The position numbers and the translations under genes were made by a program. The notes under the pieces were generated by a model. The model saw nothing but the letters and a program-made list of their open reading frames with translations. It was not told the origin of the DNA and did no database searches. Of a stretch of DNA of 48,623 nt, positions 8,008 to 14,809 are shown in pieces. Position 1 is the first letter of the stretch. Every line of letters begins with the position of its first letter. Origin of the DNA: Gaiellaceae bacterium (GTDB lineage: Bacteria; Actinomycetota; Thermoleophilia; Gaiellales; Gaiellaceae); contig DASZEE010000005.1 of the NCBI GenBank assembly GCA_035941215.1, positions 1-48,623 of the forward strand, written 5' to 3'.

Positions 8008-9027
8008 CTAGAAGCCGGGTAGCCGAACTTCTTCCCGGCGCTCGCGCTGGAAGAAGTGGATGCCTTCGGTGAAGCGTACCCAGTTGCAGCGCGTGCACAT
8101 GACGAGTGTGTGCGTCCAGGCGCTGTCCGCGCGGAAGCGCACGCCGCGGAGGAGGTCGCTGTTCGAGACCCCCGTGGCGCAGACGATCGCCTCTTTCGGG
8201 GCAAGGTCCTCGGTAGTGAAGACGCGCTCGACGTCCTCGACCCCCTGCTCTCGCGCCTCGTCGATCTCCCGGCGAGACACCGGCCACAGCTGTGCCTGCA
8301 GCTCGCCGCCGAGGCAGCGAAGCGCCGCAGCCGCGAGCACCGCCTGCCGCGTTCCGCCGATGCCGACCGCGAGGTGGTCGTTCGTGCCGCGGATGGCGGC
8401 GGAGACCGACGCGGTGACGTCGCCGTCCTGGATCAGCTTGATGCGGGCGCCGGCAGCGCGAATCTCTTCGATCAGGTCGTGGTGTCGCGGCCGCTCCAGG
8501 ACGATCGTCGTGATGTCGCCGACCCGCCGGCCGAACGCTTCCGCGATCGCCTCGATGTTCGCGCCGACAGGCCGCCGGAGGTCGATGTTCCCCCGCGCGA
8601 CCGGCCCCACGGCCATCTTCCGCATGTACATGTCGGGAAGCGCCTGGAGGGACCCGGGCTCGCCGACCGCGATCATCGACATCGCGCCGTTACCGCCCCG
8701 CGCGACGATGCTGCTGCCCTCGAGTGGGTCCACGGCCAGCGCAACTTCCTCGCCCCCGTGCCCGAGCTGCACGCCGGTCTGGAGCCGCTCGCCTTCGCCG
8801 GCGGCACCGATTACGACGGTGCCGTCGATGGGAAGCTGCTCGAGCGCCTCGAGCATCCCGGACGTCGCAGCCTCCTGGGCCGCCGCCTCGTCGGCCCGCC
8901 CGAGCCACCGGGCGCTCGCCAGCGCCGCACGCTCGGTCCCCCGAGCAAAGCCCTCGCAGAGGCAGTTGCGAAGGGTTCCCTTGCCCTGGGCGGCGTTCTC
9001 CGTACCTCGCGCGGCGACGTCCGTCAT
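8008..9027 (-). CDS. glpX: Class II fructose-1,6-bisphosphatase
   Basis: 339 aa. GlpX-type motifs VDPLEGSS, GGNGAMSMIA, DGDV, GIGGT and a C-terminal ..VMCTRCNWVRF.. segment. ATGA overlap with the upstream gene stop (9024-9027). Confidence 0.9.
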   Translation of the reverse strand: MTDVAARGTENAAQGKGTLRNCLCEGFARGTERAALASARWLGRADEAAAQEAATSGMLEALEQLPIDGTVVIGAAGEGERLQTGVQLGHGGEEVALAVDPLEGSSIVARGGNGAMSMIAVGEPGSLQALPDMYMRKMAVGPVARGNIDLRRPVGANIEAIAEAFGRRVGDITTIVLERPRHHDLIEEIRAAGARIKLIQDGDVTASVSAAIRGTNDHLAVGIGGTRQAVLAAAALRCLGGELQAQLWPVSRREIDEAREQGVEDVERVFTTEDLAPKEAIVCATGVSNSDLLRGVRFRADSAWTHTLVMCTRCNWVRFTEGIHFFQRERREEVRLPGF

Positions 9028-9935
9028 GACGAGACCCTGACCCGATCGGCCGCCGCCAAAACAAGCTCCAGCACGCCGCCGATCGCCTTCTCCCGCTCGG
9101 AGTTCTCGATCACGGGCACATCCTCTACCTGCGCGCGCTCGACGATGTAGTCCTGGAGGTACCGGATGTCGCCGAGGCGTTCGAGGTACTTGTCCAGCGG
9201 CCGGACGCCCTCGGAGGCGATGTCGCGGATCCAGAAGTGCCCGGCGTGCGTCTCTTCGTTCCCGATCGTGATCACACAGTCGACGACGAGCGCGTTCTCG
9301 ACCATGCGCGGGAGCATCCCCGGGACGAGGTGGACGCCTTCGATGACCATCGACCAGCCCTCCTCGAGCGAGCGGTCGATCGCCGCCTGGACGCCGACCA
9401 GGACGTGGCGGGTCTGCTCGAGGAACCCGTGGAGGAGCGGGTCGACCTCCTCCTCCTGTGCCGTCGGCAGCGCCCGGCCGGCGTCGAAGCTCGAGTAGTG
9501 GATCGCCGGCAGAAACTCGGGCGTGAAGAGCGCGCGCATGGTCTGGCGTACGAAGTCCGTCGACGTTACGCGCGTGATCCCGAGCCGGTACGCGACCTCG
9601 GCGGCGACCGTCGACTTGCCTGTGCCTGTGGCCCCGCCGATCAGGATGATGAGCGGCATGTCGAGCTCGTCCAGCTCCTGGTAGCGGCGGAGCCGGCCGA
9701 TCGTGACGCTGCCGTCGGGCTCGCCCAGCACCTCGACTGCGAGCTCTTCGATCCGGTCGAAATCAGCTGTCCGCTTGCCGCTCGCCGCCAGATCCTGCTC
9801 GATGCGGCGCGCGACCTCGTACGCCCCGGCGACGCCGAGCCCGGTGCGCATCAACGCCCTGGCCATCAGGCCCTTCGAGTAGGGATGCTCGTCGGTGCCG
9901 AGGTGGAGCGGATCGAAGCGGCGGCGCTCGGGCAT
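9024..9935 (-). CDS. 2-phosphoglycerate kinase-like protein (archaeal COG2074 type)
   Basis: 303 aa. N-terminal PYSKGLMARALMRTGLGVAGAYEVARRIEQDL. P-loop PLIILIGGATGTGKSTVA followed by RLGITRVTSTDFVRQTMR and SSFDA, the layout I recall for methanogen 2PGK. Confidence 0.8.
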   Translation of the reverse strand: MPERRRFDPLHLGTDEHPYSKGLMARALMRTGLGVAGAYEVARRIEQDLAASGKRTADFDRIEELAVEVLGEPDGSVTIGRLRRYQELDELDMPLIILIGGATGTGKSTVAAEVAYRLGITRVTSTDFVRQTMRALFTPEFLPAIHYSSFDAGRALPTAQEEEVDPLLHGFLEQTRHVLVGVQAAIDRSLEEGWSMVIEGVHLVPGMLPRMVENALVVDCVITIGNEETHAGHFWIRDIASEGVRPLDKYLERLGDIRYLQDYIVERAQVEDVPVIENSEREKAIGGVLELVLAAADRVRVSS

Positions 9936-11200
9936 CAGCTGACCGGCTCTGGTTGAGCCGTCTCCGCAAGCGCGCGCAGCTCGTCGTCGAGGTTCGGCTG
10001 GCCCTCGAGCGGTACTACGTCGTTGTCCGCAAAGACCACCGGAACGCCACGATCGGCCGCGGCCTGCGCCACGACGTCGATTGCGGCGGCCTTGATCTCG
10101 ACGACGAAGACGTCGGCGACCGCCCTCTCCACGTCCTCTCGGAGCTGCTCGCGGCGCGAGAGGTTGCAGGAGACGGTCACGTCGGCGGCACCATGCTCCT
10201 CACGGAGATGCTGCTTGAGGAGCCCGGTCGCTGAAGCGTCGGCGGTGGTGAAGAACGCGACGCGCCTGCCGTCGATCGGCTCGACAGGCCGCGGACGGAG
10301 GACGGTCGCCACGACGGGGACGTTCTTGACCTCGCGGATCGCGTCCGCGACGTCCGAGTGGCGTGTGCCTTCCTCGGCCATGGTCAGGACGACGAGGTCC
10401 GAGACGAGGATGCGGTACGCGTTCAGGTAGCCGACCACGAGCTCCGGCGGCTGGTGGGCGCCGGCGACGAGCACCCGCTTCCGGGTCGCAACCGGCGGGA
10501 TCGCGGCGCCGCTCCCGTCGAAGATCACGAACTCGGGCTCCCGTCCAAGCGCCTTCTGGACGCCGGCGGAGACGTTGCTAGTCCACGGGACGCCGGCCAG
10601 CCCACCGCCGGCGCGCCGGCAGCCGATCGTCGGAACGCCGGAGAGCGCCGCGGTCTCGAGGTAGTCCGACGCGGCATGTGCGCCCGCGCGCGAGAGCTCC
10701 AGGAGATCCTCGACGGTCGGCCGCAGTTCGGCGACCTGGGGCTCCGCGGGGCCTCCCCTTCCCATCGAGACGACCACGAGGTCGCGGTCGCCGGAAAGCA
10801 GGCGCGCCGCGTATCCCGTGACCGCCGTCTTGCCGAGCCGCTTGCCCGTCCCGATCACGGCGAGCGACGGGAGCTCGAACGGTTCGTACTCCGGGACGCG
10901 AAGCGAGAAATCGGCGCCTTCGTAGGCGATGCCGAGCGCAAGGAACTTGCTCGCGAGGCGGAACCGCTCACGCGGGCCGAGCACGGGCTCGTCCGAGACG
11001 TCCACGGCGACCTCCGGCTCGAACAGTGAGATCGCCTCCTCGAGGTCGGCCGCCACCGGAACGCCGTACTCGTCGCCGCCGACAAGCTTCTCCGTCCCGC
11101 CGACGAGCAGCGCGCCGACGACCTCGTGCGGAATCTCGGCCAGCGCGTCGCGCACGACCGGCGCATAGTGCTCACCGTCGATCAGCGCCAGGGCCCTCAC
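9935..11200 (-). CDS. cpgS: Cyclic 2,3-diphosphoglycerate synthetase-like protein
   Basis: Start taken as GTG (11200-11198), which gives a GTGA overlap with the upstream stop. The track ORF extends to 11611, but the extra 137 aa are Arg/Pro-rich junk. N-terminus ALALIDGEHYAPVVRDAL and P-loop IGTGKRLGKTAV match my recollection of archaeal cDPGS. About 421 aa. Confidence 0.7.
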   Translation of the reverse strand: MRALALIDGEHYAPVVRDALAEIPHEVVGALLVGGTEKLVGGDEYGVPVAADLEEAISLFEPEVAVDVSDEPVLGPRERFRLASKFLALGIAYEGADFSLRVPEYEPFELPSLAVIGTGKRLGKTAVTGYAARLLSGDRDLVVVSMGRGGPAEPQVAELRPTVEDLLELSRAGAHAASDYLETAALSGVPTIGCRRAGGGLAGVPWTSNVSAGVQKALGREPEFVIFDGSGAAIPPVATRKRVLVAGAHQPPELVVGYLNAYRILVSDLVVLTMAEEGTRHSDVADAIREVKNVPVVATVLRPRPVEPIDGRRVAFFTTADASATGLLKQHLREEHGAADVTVSCNLSRREQLREDVERAVADVFVVEIKAAAIDVVAQAAADRGVPVVFADNDVVPLEGQPNLDDELRALAETAQPEPVS

Positions 11201-11997
11201 CGGATCGTCACCTCGCCCTCGATCCGGGCCGTGTACTTCTCGAACGCCCGCGTGTCGAGCGAGAACTGGATGATCCGCTCCTGCCCGTGGAACGGGTACT
11301 TGCGCCAAACGTCCACGTGCTTTCCGTGGACCTCGATGACGTTGTAACACGGTCTCGTATTGCCCCTGAGCCGGATGGAGGAGACCGTGCCGGTGTTGAC
11401 GACGAACATGTCCTCGAGGCGCCAGGCGTACGGGACATGTTTGTGACCCGACAGGACGAGATCGACCCGAGCGCCCTGGAGGCACTCGATGACGTCTCCG
11501 GCGTCGTAGACGATGTTGCGCTCCCGGCCCGTCCCCGGCACCGGGAGCAGGTGATGGTGCATTACGAAGATCCGGAAATCTGCCGGCGGCGCGAACTGCT
11601 CCTCGATCCATGAGTAGCGCCCCCGGCCGATCTGGCCGTGGTCGAGATCGGGCTCGCTGGAGTCGACGGCGACGACGGTGATCTCCTCCATCCGCAGGAC
11701 GGAATGGCGGTCGCCGAAGAACTCCTCGAAGTGCAGGTAGCCGACGTTTCGCGAGTCGTGGTTGCCCGGGATGACGACCATCCGGTCGCAGTGGAGGCGA
11801 TCGAGATACTCGCGCGCCATGAGGTACTCCTGCTTGAACCCGAACGTCGTCAGGTCTCCCGAGCAGATGATCAGATCGGGCTCCAGCTCGTTGATCTCGG
11901 CCACAGCGCGCTCCATCAGGCTCGGCACGAAGTCGGGGCCACCGCAGTGGATGTCCGAGATGTGGGCGATCGTCCTCGACCCGTCGCGGCCCGGCAT
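11197..11997 (-). CDS. Calcineurin-like metallophosphoesterase
   Basis: All five MPE motifs: ISDIHCG, SGDLT, IPGNHD, VMHHH, SGHKH. Start taken at ATG 11997 (MPGRDGSRTIAHISD). The track start at 12090 adds 31 non-conserved residues. Confidence 0.8.
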   Translation of the reverse strand: MPGRDGSRTIAHISDIHCGGPDFVPSLMERAVAEINELEPDLIICSGDLTTFGFKQEYLMAREYLDRLHCDRMVVIPGNHDSRNVGYLHFEEFFGDRHSVLRMEEITVVAVDSSEPDLDHGQIGRGRYSWIEEQFAPPADFRIFVMHHHLLPVPGTGRERNIVYDAGDVIECLQGARVDLVLSGHKHVPYAWRLEDMFVVNTGTVSSIRLRGNTRPCYNVIEVHGKHVDVWRKYPFHGQERIIQFSLDTRAFEKYTARIEGEVTIR

Positions 11998-12059
11998 GCT
12001 CGAAGTGTAAGAAGGCCGCGAGGGGCGGTGTCCGAGGCTGTCGGTACTCTCCGGAGCTG

Positions 12060-12428
12060 GTGGCCGAAAAAGTTCCTGATTTCCAGGCATATCGTGGAGA
12101 AGGGCAGCCGTGCTTCGCCCACGAGGTCGAGTTCGAATGCGCGAAGCTGCTCGACTACTACGGGATTCCCTGGATGTACGAGCCGCACACGTTCGTGCTC
12201 GAGAGGGCGCCCGACGGCCGGGTGGTCGAGGCGTTCGCGCCCGACTTCTACCTCCCCGAGCAGGACCTCTACGTCGAGCTGACCGTGATGAAGCAGTCGC
12301 TCGTCACACGGAAGAACCGCAAGCTGCGCAAGCTTCGTGAGCGGTATCCGGATGTGAACGTCAAGCTCTTCTATCGTCGGGACATCGAGAGACTGGCGCA
12401 GCGATACCGACTGGATCTGGCCTCGTAG
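12060..12428 (+). CDS. Hypothetical protein, possible PD-(D/E)xK nuclease-like fold
   Basis: 122 aa with a GTG start. APDFYLPEQDLYVELTVMKQ resembles a D...E-x-K catalytic core. No family recognised. Confidence 0.55.
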   Translation: MAEKVPDFQAYRGEGQPCFAHEVEFECAKLLDYYGIPWMYEPHTFVLERAPDGRVVEAFAPDFYLPEQDLYVELTVMKQSLVTRKNRKLRKLRERYPDVNVKLFYRRDIERLAQRYRLDLAS

Positions 12429-12436
12429 CACCCGAA

Positions 12437-12961
12437 CTGGACGCGAGAATCGGCGAGATCTATCTCTCGGCCGGGGACCTCAGGGCTCGGGTCGGCGAGC
12501 TCGGAGCCGCCATCGCGGCCGACTACGGCGGCCGCGAGCCGATCCTCGTCGCCTCGCTGAAGACGGCCATCGTCTTCCTCTCGGATCTCTCCCGCGCCCT
12601 GCCGATCGTCCACAACCTCGACTTCTTCGCCCTCGCAGGCTACGAGGGGAACGGAGGCGGCGGCGGACGTGTCCGGCTCCTGAAAGACCTGGGTTTGAGC
12701 ATCAAGGGCCGCGACGTGGTGCTCGTCGAGGACGTGGTCGACACCGGGATGACGCTCAACTTCCTCGTCAAGACCCTGGCGCTGCGGGAGCCGCGCTCCC
12801 TCACGGCCGTCGCCCTCCTCGACCGCCCGTACCGGCGTCTCGTCGAGGATCTCCCGGTCCGGTACGTGGGCTTCACGGTGCCGGACGAGTTCTTCGTCGG
12901 CTACGGATTCGACCTCGACGGGCGCTGGCGCAACCTGCCGGACCTGCGACTGCTTCGCTGA
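12437..12961 (+). CDS. hpt: Hypoxanthine-guanine phosphoribosyltransferase; the 5' end has no canonical start codon
   Basis: The frame is open from 12341. The translation ..PELDARIGEIYLSAGDLRARVGELGAAIAADYGGREPILVASLKTAIVFLSDLSRAL..VVLVEDVVDTGMTLNFL..FVGYGFDLDGRWRNLPDL is a full-length Hpt. The ORF track reports only the last 88 aa (TTG 12695). CTG at 12437 is my placeholder start. Confidence 0.8.
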   Translation: MDARIGEIYLSAGDLRARVGELGAAIAADYGGREPILVASLKTAIVFLSDLSRALPIVHNLDFFALAGYEGNGGGGGRVRLLKDLGLSIKGRDVVLVEDVVDTGMTLNFLVKTLALREPRSLTAVALLDRPYRRLVEDLPVRYVGFTVPDEFFVGYGFDLDGRWRNLPDLRLLR

Positions 12962-12967
12962 CAACGA

Positions 12968-12991
12968 CCGGCCGCCCCGGAGGGCGGCCGG
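12968..12991. terminator. Perfect 10-bp GC hairpin just after the hpt stop
   Basis: CCGGCCGCCC, loop CGGA, GGGCGGCCGG. Confidence 0.5.
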
Positions 12992-13096
12992 CGCCGTCGG
13001 GAGACGACAGTGCCGCAAGCCAAGAGCGCGCGAGGCTTGCAGCGCGGAAACTATAAGCGCCTGGCTTCAAAAATGGGGCATTTCTTCCCGGCCGCC

Positions 13097-13227
13097 GCGA
13101 AACGGGCTTTGCCCGTTTCGCTTGAGTACAAGCCGGGTGGGATCGCGAGTGGCGCGCTTTCGCGCCGCGCGGCGCGAAGCGCCGCCCGGCTTCCGGGGGG
13201 TCGCGGAAAGTCGTGAGACTTTCCGCG
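13097..13227. other. Densely structured intergenic segment (candidate ncRNA or compound terminator)
   Basis: Perfect 11-bp hairpins at 13097-13121 (GCGAAACGGGC ttt GCCCGTTTCGC) and 13202-13227 (CGCGGAAAGTC gtga GACTTTCCGCG). A 10-bp long-range pairing joins 13131-13140 to 13182-13191. It encloses GGCGCG cttt CGCGCC and the 14-nt palindrome GCGCCGCGCGGCGC. Confidence 0.35.
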
Positions 13228-13237
13228 AAACGCGGCG

Positions 13238-14419
13238 CTACAGGTAGCCGAGCGGATCCACGGCCGAACCGTTGACGCGCACCTCGAAGTGGAGATGCGC
13301 ACCGAAGCAGTGCCCCGTGCAGCCGACGTAGCCGATCGTCTGTCCCTGGGCCACGGGCCCGCCGCCGACGACGAAGCTCGTCTGGTGGGCGTAGGCGGTC
13401 GCGACGCCGTTGCCGTGGTCGATGATGATCAGGTTTCCGTAGCCACCCATCCAGCCGGCATAGATGACGTTGCCCGACGCCGAAGCCTGAATCGGCGTCC
13501 CGTAGCCGGCGGCGATGTCGATCCCCTCGTGCATCCGCCCCCAGCGCCAGCCGAAGCCGCTGACGACCGGGCCGCCCACGGGCCAGACCATGCCGCTCGC
13601 CGAGACCGTGCCGTCGCCGGTGCTGGAGTAGCTCGGACCGGACTGTGCCGCGTTGATCCGGGCGGCGAGCTGGGCACTGACCTTCAGCAGCTCCTCCGCC
13701 TTGCCCTCGTAATGCTCGGCGGCCTCGTGGGCCTCATCTCTCGCTTCGCGCTTCGCGCTTCGCGCCTGGGCCAGTCCCTTGCGTGAGATCAGCAGCTGGT
13801 CGTAGGCGGCTCGCTGCTGCTGGGTCCGGATCTCGACGACCCGCGTGACCGCCGCAACCCGATCCTTGGTCTTCCCAGTGCGCTCCTTGAGCGCACGCAT
13901 GTGGTCTCGCGCCCCCGTGACGTGCTGCACGACCCGCCGGTCCTGCGCCGCGATTGAGTCCAGATAGTCGATCTGGTCGAGCGCGTCGCTGAAGCTCTGC
14001 GCCTCGAGGACGACGTCGAGCGTCGTCGGATCCTCGCCCTCGTAGATCGCCACGAGGCGGTCGGCAAGCCTCATCTGCGCGACGGTGTACTGCCCGCGGA
14101 GGTACTTGAGGCGCTCGCTCTGCAGGCGGTAGAGCGCCTTCACCGCCTCAAGCTTGCGCTGGTGGAGCGCGAGATCTTCCTCAAGCGCGACCAGTCGGGT
14201 GGAGACGTCGCCGACCTCGGCCTCGAGCTCCTGGATTCGCTCAGAGACCGATGCGATCTCCGCGCGAAGCGACTCCTCGCGCGCTCGGGCTTGGTCCGCC
14301 TTCGACTGCAGAGCCTGCGCCTGGTCGTCGAGCCGCTGCTTGCGGTCGTAGAGGCTGCCCGAAGCAGGAGCCGCGACGAGCAGGACGAGAACGAGGCTGC
14401 AGACGAGTCGTCGAGCCAT
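13238..14419 (-). CDS. M23/LytM-family peptidoglycan DD-metalloendopeptidase with an N-terminal coiled coil (EnvC-like)
   Basis: 393 aa. Signal peptide MARRLVCSLVLVLLVAAPASG, a long heptad-rich region, and a C-terminal LytM domain HEGIDIA..GGYGNLIIIDHG..AHLHFEV. Confidence 0.85.
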   Translation of the reverse strand: MARRLVCSLVLVLLVAAPASGSLYDRKQRLDDQAQALQSKADQARAREESLRAEIASVSERIQELEAEVGDVSTRLVALEEDLALHQRKLEAVKALYRLQSERLKYLRGQYTVAQMRLADRLVAIYEGEDPTTLDVVLEAQSFSDALDQIDYLDSIAAQDRRVVQHVTGARDHMRALKERTGKTKDRVAAVTRVVEIRTQQQRAAYDQLLISRKGLAQARSAKREARDEAHEAAEHYEGKAEELLKVSAQLAARINAAQSGPSYSSTGDGTVSASGMVWPVGGPVVSGFGWRWGRMHEGIDIAAGYGTPIQASASGNVIYAGWMGGYGNLIIIDHGNGVATAYAHQTSFVVGGGPVAQGQTIGYVGCTGHCFGAHLHFEVRVNGSAVDPLGYL

Positions 14420-14476
14420 AGGGACCGTGTTCGCGAGCCGGAGAGACCTCCCTCCCGGGCCCGGAATGCGCGGATC

Positions 14477-14809
14477 CTACCGGTCGGATCGGCTGGATGG
14501 GAGGCTTGGCGGCGAAAACTGCTGCTCCGGGGCGTCTTTTGGAGTCTCTTGTGGCAACAGTGCCGCCGCCTGCCGGCGAAGCGGATAGACCTGCTTTCGG
14601 TAGTCCTCGTCGGTGATCTTCCCCGTGCGGTGGTCGAACTCGAGCTCCTTGAGCTCGGCGAGGACGCGGTCGCGCTCCTCCGCTCCGGCGAGCGCGGCGT
14701 CGGTCGGCGTCGGCGCCGCGGGCGGCTCCTTGGCCCGCAGGAATGGGACCGCCACGAAGATGACCGCGGCCGCCGCCAGCAGCGCGCCGAGCAGGAGCTC
14801 TGGGCTCAC
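14477..14809 (-). CDS. Small single-pass membrane protein coupled to ccmF (CcmI N-terminal-like; not CcmH)
   Basis: 110 aa. N-terminal TM helix LLLGALLAAAAVIFVAVPFL, then LAELKELEFDHRTGKITDEDY. It overlaps the ccmF stop by 4 nt. It has no CxxC motif. Confidence 0.45.
   Translation of the reverse strand: MSPELLLGALLAAAAVIFVAVPFLRAKEPPAAPTPTDAALAGAEERDRVLAELKELEFDHRTGKITDEDYRKQVYPLRRQAAALLPQETPKDAPEQQFSPPSLPSSRSDR

Noticed and set aside
11201-11611. N-terminal 137 codons of track ORF 9935..11611
   Set aside because: It overlaps the metallophosphoesterase gene out of frame with a junk-like composition. Conserved cDPGS-like sequence starts at GTG 11200.
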